Shown piece after piece: positions 1 to 9,620 of a DNA stretch of 14,896 nt. The first letter of the stretch is position 1. Every line of letters begins with the position of its first letter. Source of the DNA: Octopus sinensis (Eukaryota); assembly GCF_006345805.1 (NCBI RefSeq), contig NW_021825658.1, positions 1 through 14,896 of the forward strand, read 5' to 3'. Below the pieces are notes generated by a model. That model saw nothing but the letters and a program-made list of their open reading frames with translations. It made no database searches and was not told the origin of the DNA. Position numbers and translations under genes: made by a program.

Positions 1-35
1 TATCTATATACATGAATACATATATATGTACATAT

Positions 36-91
<56 letters not shown>

Positions 92-440
92 AATATATAT
101 ATGTGTATGTATGTCTGCATGTGCACGTACGTTGATAATTATATATTTATAAATACACACACATATATACACACATACATACACATATACATGTATGCTT
201 TCGCATGCATACATATAAACATACATACACACATATACACGGGAAATATATATAAATATACATACATACATATACAAATATGCACACATACATGCATATA
301 TGTACACATGCATTCGCATATACAAACAAGTATACTTATATACCTAAACACATACATACATACAACATACATACATACATAGCCACATACATAAATACGC
401 TGATGCATGCATAGAAACATACATATATACAAGCATGCAC
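1..440. repeat. (TATC)n plus cryptic (TACA)/(TA)/(CA) low-complexity tract
   Basis: Pure TATC run at ~36-90 followed by degenerate TACA/CA repeats; explains the YLSI/HTYI ORFs. Confidence 0.95.
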
Positions 441-579
441 ATAAATAGTCGACGTTACTAATATTTCATTGGTTCATCGTACCTTATATTGTCTAAACAT
501 TTCCTATAGGTATCTTCATTAGCGAACATAACCGTAGAGAAATATGTACAACCCCCCTAACCTACCCCATACATTCATA

Positions 580-641
580 AGTATGTATTTATGTATGCAT
601 GCGTATATGTATGTATCTATAGCTATATCTATATCTATTTC

Positions 642-673
<32 letters not shown>

Positions 674-718
674 TGTATGTATGTATGTATCTATCTATCT
701 ATCTATCTATCTATATAT

Positions 719-757
<39 letters not shown>
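580..757. repeat. Compound microsatellite (TATG)n-(TATC)n-(TA)n
   Basis: Directly visible tandem units. Confidence 0.95.
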
Positions 758-997
758 ATGTGTAAAGCGATTTATTTCGTACTATACGAGAGTTTCACGC
801 TAGGGCGAAACACATAAGTATTTGCATAAAATGGTCTCACGCGAGTAGACAAGAATTTGGACAGAGCCACCTTTACAGGATATTGCCGTAGTCGTTGAAG
901 TAAAATACCTTCACAATCGTGATTAAGTCTGTTGAAGACCGGTGGATCCAAATTCCTGGAGACTACAGTGAAGCAATGCAACGGAAGTAGCTACCGA

Positions 998-1533
998 CAT
1001 ACATACATACATACATACATACATACATACATACATACATACATACATACATGCATGCATGCATGCATGCATGCATACATACATACATACATACATACAT
1101 ACATGCATACATGGATACATACATACATACATACATACATACATACATGCATACATACATACATACATGCATGCATACATACATACCATACATACATACA
1201 TACATACATACATACGGACATACATACGTAAACAGAGACACATACATAGCTAGCTAGCTAGACACACAGACAGACAGATAATAGACAGTTAGATAGATAG
1301 AAAGATAGATACATACATACATAGGTAGGTAGATAGATAGATAGATAGGTAGGTAGATAAACATATAGATAGATAAACAGACGGACAGGCAATCGGACAG
1401 ACAGATAGATAGGTAGATAGACAGATAGACAGATAGATAGGGAGGGAGAAAGAGAGAGAGGAACGGACAGACAGACTGATAGACAAACAGGCAAACATAT
1501 AGATAGATAGAATGAGAGAGAGAGAGAGAGAGA

Positions 1534-1573
<40 letters not shown>

Positions 1574-1574
1574 G
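998..1574. repeat. Compound microsatellite (CATA/CATG)n, (GATA/GACA)n, (GA)n(GT)n(GA)n
   Basis: Directly visible tandem units. Confidence 0.95.
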
Positions 1575-1870
1575 CGATTGGTAAGTTTCGAAGGGACTGA
1601 AATGCAATGAAAATCAAATCTAAAATAAAAAAATTAAGTAGAATATTTACGATCGCGTGTGCGCATACATGTGTGCGTATGTCTGCGTGAGTGTGTGCGT
1701 CTGTGAGTGTGTTTGCATCTTTGTTTATATTCCTGAATGATACAATGTTTTGTCTCTCTTTATAATTTATACTAGAGCGTAACATAGTATTTTAATTGAC
1801 ACAAATTAATAAAGTATACACCAGAAATAGATGCAAGAGTCGATATCATTAACAGGAAAACTGAAGTGAG

Positions 1871-1917
1871 GCTCCAGCATGGCCGGAGCCCAGTAACTGA
1901 AACCATTTAAAGAATAA
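1871..1917 (+). mobile_element. 3' tail fragment of SINE family A
   Basis: gctccagcatggccg...aactgaaac matches the 3' end of the copy at 10217-10627 (gctccagcatggccgcagtcaaatgactgaaac). Confidence 0.65.
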
Positions 1918-1944
1918 CAGATACACATTCATGTATATATGTAT

Positions 1945-2203
1945 GTAGGGTTCATACTGTGGCACCTGTTCCTTCTGCCAGTCAGCACATCTGTGCATTA
2001 TGCAATACAATGCGCAAAACTTTCATCCGGCTCAAGAGTCATACAAGGGCCTCACTTTGCTTCATCAATGACTCATTTCAATGGTTCTTTCTGGCAATGG
2101 CTTTGCTCGTATACAAGAAATCACTTACTATGTATGTATGTATGTATGTATGTATGTATGTATGTATGTATGTATGTATGTATGTATGTATGTATGTATG
2201 TAT
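1945..2203 (+). mobile_element. Probable 3' end of a decayed RTE-clade LINE with (TATG)n tail
   Basis: 1986-2051 reads HICALCNTMRKTFIRLKSHTRA; single changes (cgc>tgc, cgg>ggg) give CxxCxxxCKTxxGLKSHxR, like the C-terminal finger of RTE ORFs; short UTR then (TATG)n at 2129-2203. Confidence 0.5.
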
Positions 2204-2412
2204 TGTATCTGTGTAAACGCTCGCCTATGTGTACAATAATTTATATATATATATTAGTCGAAAGACACCTGTTGTTATTCTCTATTTGTTTGTATTTGTA
2301 TTAGTGTAACATTTTCTCCGTTTTCTCGTTTTTTTTTTGTCTGTGTTGTCGTACATACTTTCTTGCCTTCTTTCAAAAATGTAATGGTCTTAGCTTAGAT
2401 TTTTGGGGCCTA

Positions 2413-2479
2413 CCAATTTTGAACAGTCTCAAGTGTAACAGGCTGAAACTGTAATGATAATTGGAAGCTTGACTGATGA
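2413..2479 (+). ncRNA. Degenerate hammerhead-like scaffold with downstream CTGATGA box
   Basis: CCAATT-TTGAACA-GTCT..AGGC-t-GAAAC-tgtaat-GAT-AATTGG: 6 bp stem I, 4 bp stem II, non-canonical core; CTGATGA at 2473-2479. Confidence 0.4.
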
Positions 2480-2586
2480 GTAGAGGGCCACAAATTATCC
2501 GTCCTAGTTTTTCCTGTCCGTTTTAGTATCGTTTATCTGTCCTTATATTTTTATTGTCGTCCGTTACGTTCTTATTCCGTTTTTTG

Positions 2587-2589
<3 letters not shown>

Positions 2590-2644
<55 letters not shown>

Positions 2645-2648
2645 TATA
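2590..2648. repeat. (TA)n microsatellite
   Basis: Directly visible. Confidence 0.97.
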
Positions 2649-2803
2649 ATAAGAGTAAATAATTTCTATAATGGTTTTAAAAAGAACCCACAATTACTTA
2701 CTGGTAGAATTCGGTATGTAAATATAGCCGATTAACGGTAGGAACTTCTGTAAAGTTCAGTATATATATTGTATATAAGTAAATGGGATAGGCAACAGGA
2801 AAG

Positions 2804-2916
2804 CTGCGCTGAAGACGGATGTTAAATACATATGCAATGTATATGAAATATATATTAAAAATATATATTCAATATATATTCAATATATTTATAATCCAGA
2901 AACATGATGTTTGCAG
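2804..2916 (+). ncRNA. Type I hammerhead ribozyme candidate with long stem II
   Basis: Stem I CTGCG(2804-2808)/TGCAG(2912-2916); CTGAAGA 2809-2815; stem II GGAT..ATCC extended by an AT-rich imperfect hairpin; GAAA 2899-2902; stem III ACAT-G-ATGT; GUU cleavage triplet ending at 2911. Confidence 0.7.
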
Positions 2917-3031
2917 ATAACCGCCATACTTTGTTTTCGTTATCTATTCCTTCTGTTTTGCATATGTGAATTACAGGGTATGTCGTGTGTGGAGCCCCAC
3001 TTGTAGAAAATAGAAATAAACAGTCTTGACT

Positions 3032-3267
3032 GCTAAGTTACGGGGACGTAAACTCACCAACATCGGTTGTCAAATAGACACAGACACAAACGCACACACA
3101 TATACGACGGGCTTCTTTCAGTTTCCGTCTAACAAATCCGGTCAGAAGTCTTTGGTCAACCCAAGGCTGTTGTCGAAGGCACTCGTCCATGGTGCCACGC
3201 AGTGGAACTGTTCCCGGAACTATATAGTTGGGAAGCTAGCTTCTTACAACACAGCCACGCCTGCACC
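3032..3267 (-). mobile_element. SINE family A, 3'-truncated copy
   Basis: Reverse complement aligns to 10217-~10485, including the head (gtggctgtgttgtaagaagctagc) and gacggaaactgaaagaagcccgtcg. Confidence 0.9.
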
Positions 3268-3282
3268 TATTGATGTATATTG

Positions 3283-3351
3283 CTGGATTCGAATAGTCTC
3301 GGTCCTAAAAGGGTGCGAAACTATAATGACTTACCAGAAACCGACAGATGA
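3283..3351 (+). ncRNA. Degenerate hammerhead-like scaffold related to 2413-2479
   Basis: CTGG..gaatagtctc..GAAAC-tataat-GAC-tta-CCAG, then CAGATGA at 3345-3351; shares gaaYagtctc and gaaactRtaatga with 2421-2457. Confidence 0.3.
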
Positions 3352-3515
3352 AGAAATCTGCTGCGAATGGTCCATATATCTTGTTTCTGTTCTGTTTGCC
3401 GTTTGTTATATTATCGTCTGTGTTATCGCTTATGTAAGTTATCGTCTATTTTTCCGCATGTTGTGTTTTGTTCAATTTCGCTTATGTTCTTTTTGTCCTA
3501 CCTTTGTTTTATATA

Positions 3516-3529
3516 TAATAATGATGATG

Positions 3530-3602
<73 letters not shown>
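3516..3602. repeat. (TAA)n microsatellite
   Basis: Directly visible; source of the poly-I/poly-N ORFs. Confidence 0.97.
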
Positions 3603-3605
<3 letters not shown>

Positions 3606-3620
3606 CAATATATATATGTA

Positions 3621-3676
3621 TTACTCTTTTCTCTTTTACTCTTTTACTTGTTTCAGTCATTTAACTGCGGCCATGC
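3621..3676 (-). mobile_element. 3' tail fragment of SINE family A
   Basis: ctcttttacttgtttcagtcatttaactgcggccatgc is the reverse complement of ~10576-10612, with a similar short repeated tail. Confidence 0.85.
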
Positions 3677-4640
3677 ATGTATGGGTCTAGGACGTCCGTA
3701 ACTGTGTAAGCAACATGAAATACGTAGACAAACGAGTTAAATACATAAAGAACGAGAGAAAAAAATGGAAAACTGGGCAAGTAAACACAGAGAAACGACC
3801 CTTCATCAGTTGTCAGCCGTCTATCTACTCCTCATTTCGAGCATTCAACGACAATGAGTCTTCAAAGACAGTTGCTCTCTTAAATTCTAAAATAAATTTA
3901 GGATTTATGGAGGGTCAAAGTTGAGAACAAAAACAGGACAGTGGAGACATACAAGGAAGCCGAACAAAAACAAACATGGAGGATCGTTAGACCAGAACGA
4001 GAGGAAAATAGTGTACGCTAGGAGAAATATTTTCTTTGAAAAGAGAAAAGATAGAAGAGAGAGAGAGAGAGAGAGATAGAGAGAGAAAAAGTCCACTTCT
4101 ATGAACGTCCGTGCTGGAAAAGAAAGATGGTAATGTGTGAGCAACGAGAGAGAGAGAGAGAGAGAAAGAAAGAAAAACAGATAGGAATCGGTGAACGAGG
4201 GAGGGGGAGAAAAAGGGAATTAGAGAAGGATGGCGGGAGACAATAGTTTCTTTTTTTGTTTCTCCCTTCTATCTTTCCTCAACGAAAATATTTCACCCAG
4301 CGTTCACTATTTTCCTCTAGCTCTGGTTTAACCATCCTCTATGTTTGTTTTCGTTCGGCTTCCTTGTATGTCTCCAGTGTCCTGTTTTTGTTTTCAAATT
4401 TGACCCTCCATAAATCCGAAATTTTATTTTAGAATTTATGGGGGCAACTGTCTTTGAAGACTCATACTGTCGTTGAATGCTCGAAATGAGGAATAGATAG
4501 AGAGCCGACACCTGATGAAGGATCGTTTCTCTGTGTTTACTTGTCCAGTTTTCCGCTTTTTCTCTCGTTGTTTATGTATTTAACTCGTTTGTGTACGTAT
4601 TTCATGTTTACACAGTTGGTGACGTCCTATACCTATATAT
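3677..4640. repeat. Long inverted repeat: arms ~3677-4062 and ~4261-4640, spacer ~200 bp
   Basis: Arms are reverse complements along their length, e.g. catgaaatacgtagacaaacgagttaaatacataaa vs tttatgtatttaactcgtttgtgtacgtatttcatg, with scattered mismatches. Confidence 0.95.
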
Positions 4641-4656
4641 GCACTATATATATATA

Positions 4657-4701
<45 letters not shown>

Positions 4702-4740
4702 TATTTATATATATACATATATATATATTATTATGCATAG

Positions 4741-4795
<55 letters not shown>

Positions 4796-4800
4796 GAAGA

Positions 4801-4882
<82 letters not shown>

Positions 4883-4902
4883 AATAATGATAATAATAAT
4901 AA
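4636..4902. repeat. (TA)n followed by (TAA)n microsatellites
   Basis: Directly visible. Confidence 0.97.
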
Positions 4903-5140
4903 GTGGGTGTAAACACATGAATGAAATAAGAATAAACAAAAACAAAAACAAATTACACAAATTACACGAACGTATATAAACAGAAGATACAAATATTAAA
5001 GGCATTCCCCCCACCACACTAACTAAACATAGACGCATATAGAGATATACGCATGCGCAAATGGAGACACATACAATAGAAATACAAAATGGCTGACGAG
5101 TAGTAAGGAGAGACACACAAATAAGAAAGAAGAAAGCAAA

Positions 5141-5185
5141 GGATCACTGATGCGGTCACAGGAGTGTGACGAAAGAATTCTGGCC
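5141..5185 (+). ncRNA. Minimal hammerhead-like motif (A9>C variant)
   Basis: GGATCA-CTGATGC-G-GTCACA-ggag-TGTGAC-GAAA-GAATTC-TGGCC: perfect 6 bp stem II directly followed by GAAA, palindromic stem III region, imperfect stem I. Confidence 0.5.
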
Positions 5186-5297
5186 GAAATAAGATTAAGA
5201 TTAATGTAAAAAATAAATAACGCTTAAACAAAGTAGCACCAAATATATAGTGCGTGTGTTTTTATTGATTAAACTGGCAAAATGATCATTCCTAAAT

Positions 5298-5328
<31 letters not shown>

Positions 5329-5425
5329 ACGGGAAGCTTTATGAAAATAAACAAAAGACGAAGGCAGGTGGAATACAAACAAACAATTGTATTAGTATGG
5401 CGCTCAGGAATATAAATAAAGCAAG

Positions 5426-5463
5426 TCTTTTACGTTTCGAGCCTACGCTCTTCAACAGAAAGA
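5426..5463 (-). ncRNA. Minimal type I hammerhead ribozyme candidate (A6>U variant)
   Basis: Minus strand TCTTT-CTGTTGA-A-GAGC-gtag-GCTC-GAA-ACGT-A-AAAGA: 5 bp stem I, 4 bp stem II, loopless palindromic stem III, GUA triplet. Confidence 0.65.
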
Positions 5464-5764
5464 TACACAGAAAAGAAACACAGAAAGAAACAAGGAGAGA
5501 AAAAAATGCGTGCAGAGGCTAGCGAATCAACGGCAAATAAGAAAACGGAGTGGATATAAAATCGACAGACATCAGCCTGTAAACATTCCAGTATGTCTGT
5601 TTATTTAAATGTATTGGATAAATACACACACATGTATGAGTGAAGGGCATGAAAATATATAAGCATATAGAAACAAATGAGCAAGAGAGCAAATTGGCAA
5701 TAAACTGAATGGGTGTGCAGGTGCTAGTTCCTAGTTGGTTTCTCAACCTCTAACTCACACAGAA

Positions 5765-5765
<1 letters not shown>

Positions 5766-5804
<39 letters not shown>

Positions 5805-5806
5805 AT
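5766..5806. repeat. (CA)n microsatellite
   Basis: Directly visible. Confidence 0.95.
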
Positions 5807-5809
5807 ACC

Positions 5810-6185
5810 ACCCGGTCTTGGGTCCACTGTCATTGAGTACCGCTGTCTTCTGCTGTAGTCTCCGCTGACCAATGACACGTGAGTGAATTTGTTATTCGGA
5901 AACTGAGTGAAAGCCCTACACGTGTATGTATGTATGTATGTATGTATGTATGTATGTATGTATGTATGTATGTATGCATGTATGTGTGTGCTTTGTATTT
6001 GTGTTCGTCTCCCACTACCACTCCTCAACCGTTGTTGGTTTCTTTATGTTTGTGTTAACTAGCGGTCCGGCAAAAGAGGTTCGATAGAATTAGTACCAGA
6101 GTTAACAATAAGCACCTGTTCGATTAAACCGCCGTAGGCGGTGTCGCAGCACAGCAGTGGTTCATTGACTGTAACAAGTAAAACA
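5810..6185 (+). mobile_element. Old diverged SINE family A copy with internal (TATG)n
   Basis: tgtcttctgctgtag, gtgagtgaatttg, cggaaactga, tagcggtccggcaaaagag, gatagaat and tgactgtaacaagtaaa are colinear with 10217-10627; head eroded. Confidence 0.8.
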
Positions 6186-6594
6186 GATTATCTCCCTTTT
6201 TCATGGAAAGTTTTTTTCTTAACATTTACTTTCGGTTTCATTTTCTTTCCCCTGAAGTAAATTTCTATTCAATAATCCAATAGATAACCACCTACCTCAA
6301 CCACATATATTCATATCTTTCACCCAATTGAATTAATTCCCTAGGCCTAATTTCTGTAATTATGACGATGACAACGTCCAGATTATCATATCCTCATGAA
6401 TATTAACCCATAGATGTGGAAGAGAGGGATAGATCACATGTTCATAGCTCGAGAGTGTCAACTATAAAGTAATTAGCTCTCCAAGGCAGGACATGTTAAT
6501 TGAATACAGTTCTCACAATTAATGAAACATGACGGTTCTAATTAGACAGGAAACGTTTTAATTGTGATTAAGGTTTGTTGTTGCTTTGGCACTC

Positions 6595-6688
6595 ATATAC
6601 ATACATACATACATACATACATACATACATACATACATACATACATACATACATGTATGTGTGTGTGTTTGTGTGTATGTGTGTGTGT
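6595..6688. repeat. (CATA)n-(TG)n microsatellite
   Basis: Directly visible; abuts the 3' end of the SINE at 6690-7001. Confidence 0.95.
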
Positions 6689-6689
6689 C

Positions 6690-7001
6690 GGTTACGACGA
6701 TGAGGGTTACAGTAGATCCGATCGACGGAACAGCCTGCTCGTGAAATTAACGTGCAAGTGGCTGAGCATTCCACAGACACATGAGCCCTTAATGTAGTTC
6801 TCAGGAAGATACAACGTCACATAGAGTGTGACAAGGCTGGCCCCTTTGAAATACAGGTACAACTCATTTTTTCCAGCTGAATGACCTGGAGCAACGTGAA
6901 ATAAAGTATCTTGTTCAAGGACACAACGAGCTGCCGGGAACTGAACTCACGACCTTACGATGGTGAGCCAAATACCCTAACCACTAAACCATGCGCCTTC
7001 A
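6690..7001 (-). mobile_element. tRNA-derived SINE family B
   Basis: Minus strand starts tgaaggcgca with A box TGGTTTAGTGG (6981-6991) and B box GAGTTCAGTTCCC (6936-6948), then gtgtccttgaacaagatacttt; head shared with 13292-13409. Confidence 0.85.
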
Positions 7002-7027
7002 AACATACACACGCACACACATGTATG

Positions 7028-7060
<33 letters not shown>

Positions 7061-7075
7061 GTATGTGCGTAAATA

Positions 7076-7238
7076 CGCAGGCATGGCTGAGAAGCTCGTT
7101 TCAGAATCCCGTAGTTTCGGATTTCAGCTCCTCTGTAGAGTGCCAGGGGTAAGTGCCTTTTCTATTAGCCTTGCTAGACTAAAATGCTTTATGAGCAAAC
7201 TTGGCGTAAACGGAAACTGTGAAGAAGTCCTGCATATA
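7076..7238 (+). mobile_element. Diverged 5' half of SINE family A
   Basis: cgcaggcatggctg..agaagct..aagtgccttttctatta..acggaaactgtgaagaag is colinear with 10217-10380. Confidence 0.65.
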
Positions 7239-7504
7239 TATTACACTCATTTGATTTATTAATCACTAGTGTCGTAAATAGCTGTCGGATTGGGTAAAAA
7301 TTGGTTATTATGGACAGAAGCAATGTTAGTTCAAAATAGCATTCTGTATATCTTACTTAAAGCGGATATAGTACAGAGAGCCACACAGCTGCAGTGTTTC
7401 TCTAGAAAAAGCATCTCGTATAGATGTTTAGTGCTAAAAAGTACAGCACAGATGAGCATCATCAGCAGATGACAAAAGCCTACAAGCAGTGGTGGAGTTT
7501 CAAG

Positions 7505-7591
7505 GATTTGAACTCGATACATAAAATGCCGGAAAAGATGATGTTGAGTATTTTGTCCGACGTGCAAAGGAACCTGTTAACTTGCAACCTT
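7505..7591 (-). mobile_element. Diverged head of SINE family C
   Basis: gatttgaactc...tattttgtccgacgtgc...aacttgcaacctt resembles the reverse complement of 7977-8062. Confidence 0.5.
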
Positions 7592-7610
7592 ACTTTTCCA
7601 CATTGTAAAT

Positions 7611-7891
7611 CAAGAGTTCTCAACTATTTTTTTTTTATCTATGGATCCCTTTGATTACTATTCTTTACTACTGGACCCCCATAGTCATTCGATTTTAAAA
7701 CCTATTTTTATAGAAACCCCTTTCAAGAATCCTATTTTATTTTTCACGCGTTAACTTGAGTAGGTTGAACCGTGTAAAATGTTATAGAAAGAAACCTGTT
7801 TCTTACAGTATATACCAATATATACATCTAAAGCAAATTTTTTTTCATGGGCCCTTAAAATACTATTGTGGACCCCCAGTTTAATATTTTG
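7611..7891. mobile_element. Possible decayed hAT-type MITE
   Basis: Left end caagagttctcaac resembles the CAGTGGTTCTCAAC hAT/Charlie terminus; repeated tggacccc motifs; right end eroded, no TSD seen. Confidence 0.35.
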
Positions 7892-7899
7892 CTTGCGTA

Positions 7900-8423
7900 G
7901 GTCAAGGTAATCGACTTTCCCTATACCCCGAAACTTCTGGCCTTGTGCTAAAATTTGAAACCATTATTATTATTTCAAGGCAGCGAGCTGGCAGAATCGT
8001 TAACACGCAAGACAAAATGTCTAGTGGCCTTTCGTCCCTCTTCACGTTCTAAGTTCAAATTCCGACGAAGTCGGCTTTGCCTTTCATCCTTTTTGGGTCG
8101 ATAAAATACGTACTATCTGAGCACTGGGGTTGATATAATCGACTTACTCCCTCTCCCAAAATTGCTGACTTTGTGCTAAAATTTGAAACGATTACTATTA
8201 TTGTAAGGCAGCGAACTGGCAGAATCGTTAAAACACAGGGGACAATGCTTAGTGGCATTTCGTCCGTCTTTACTTTCTGAGTTCAAATTCCGCCGAGGTC
8301 GACTTTGCCTTTCATCCTTTTTGGGTCGATAAAATAAGTACTATCCGAGCACTGGGGTCGATGTAATCGAATTACTCCCTCCCCCAAAATTGCTGGCATT
8401 GTATCAGAATTTGAAACTAATAT
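7900..8423 (+). mobile_element. Tandem array of SINE family C (about 2.3 units, 228 bp period), Nin/Deu-like central domain
   Basis: Units start aaggcagcgaRctggcagaatcgtt at 7977 and 8205; B box GAGTTCAAATTCC 8279-8291; core gtcgactttgcctttcatcctttttgggtcgataaaataagtac; 3' third of another unit at 7900-7976. Confidence 0.9.
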
Positions 8424-8429
8424 ATCGCA

Positions 8430-9052
8430 TACATAGCTAAGGCTCGAGTGAGGCCCATAAAGGAGTAATGCAGTCAATCTAAGGCGGTGTTACTGCTGCA
8501 GAAAATGAGATTCTGGATTGCATCCAGAGGAGGATCAATTGTTTGGTATTGAACCATTAACGGGTACACTTGAGCTTCTCACCCACAGGCCTGCTGCGTG
8601 TGGTCTGTGAAACCTATTTGAGTTAGATGTAGGCGTAGTGTGTTGTTACCTAGGTGAAATGTGTGTGTATTGGCTGTACCCTTTCTAAACAACAGAGCCC
8701 GTGACCTTTGCAAAGCGTTGAAGACTGGTGAACTTATCTTTTCTATTGTTACCAAAATGGCCTCCGTTCTCCGAAGCTGGAAGCGCTTGTACCCTTATCA
8801 CTCCTCCTCACTTGATTCTCTGTTCTTTCCACATCGTGTCTAATTGCATCAGTTCTGCACTAGCCATTATGCCAAATCCATATCCCCCAGAATATCATCC
8901 TTCTGGAATCTCCTTCCCGTTCACGTATTTCGCGTAGATGTTGACTAGCAATCGCTTAAAAGGAACATCAGCGGCACCAAATTCACTAATATTAGAGGCT
9001 CTGCAAAAGACACGGGCTCTGCCCCTTCTTTCAGAAGGGGTACAGCCAATAT
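8430..9052 (+). mobile_element. Decayed LINE 3' end (CR1/Jockey-group ORF2 C-terminus plus 3' UTR), interrupted at 8599-8734
   Basis: Manual translation across stops and frameshifts: KARVRPIKE*CS..GG..ILDCIQRR..LELLTHR..FYCYQNGLRSPKLEALVP..TSHYAKSISPRISSFWNLLPVHVF..D*QSLKRNI, matching the post-RT motifs VRPxxEYCS, LDxIQRR and WNxLP. Confidence 0.85.
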
Positions 9053-9228
9053 AATACACACACACGCGCACACACACACACACATTTCACCCACGTCACA
9101 ATAGACCTCGCAAACACCTTACATAGATCACAGACCACATATTAATCTTATTCATCCATACTATCCCCACAAACTTAGTACGTAAGAGATACATACAAGC
9201 TTAGCCACTAGCTTCACAAACGTCTCAC

Positions 9229-9229
<1 letters not shown>

Positions 9230-9311
<82 letters not shown>

Positions 9312-9345
9312 GCAAACACACACACTTACACACACGCACACTCAC
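9230..9345. repeat. (CA)n microsatellite
   Basis: Directly visible. Confidence 0.97.
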
Positions 9346-9394
9346 CCATTCTTAATATTCTCTCCACAAACATCTATAACTGTCTTAATGTATA

Positions 9395-9603
9395 CAGTAA
9401 TTCCTCGACTATCGCGGGTGTTACGTTCCAAAACATCCCACAGAAATAATTAAAATCTACAAAAATATATCAGAGACCCAGATATGTTGAGGAGTCCGTG
9501 ATATAAATTTACATATATTAACCAGAAAAATCCGTGATCTATGGGTGAACCGCGATGTACTGAGTGCACGATAGGCGAACCGCGATATGGCGACGAATTA
9601 CTG
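9395..9603. mobile_element. Tc1/mariner (pogo/Tigger-like) MITE, 209 bp
   Basis: TIRs cagtaattcctcgactatcgcgg (9395-9417) and ccgcgatatggcgacgaattactg (9580-9603), TA on both flanks, subterminal gaaccgcgat at 9547 and 9577. Confidence 0.9.
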
Positions 9604-9620
9604 TATATAAATAATACTCA

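Noticed and set aside
929-955. CTGTTGAAGACC..GGATC resembling the 5426 motif
   Set aside because: Followed by CAAA rather than GAAA, with no convincing stem I or III.
2036-2074. GAGTCAT/ATGACTC hairpin enclosing TTGATGA on the minus strand (hammerhead or SECIS?)
   Set aside because: No GAAA box; the inner stem is too short and lacks apical AA for a SECIS; overlaps the probable RTE relic.
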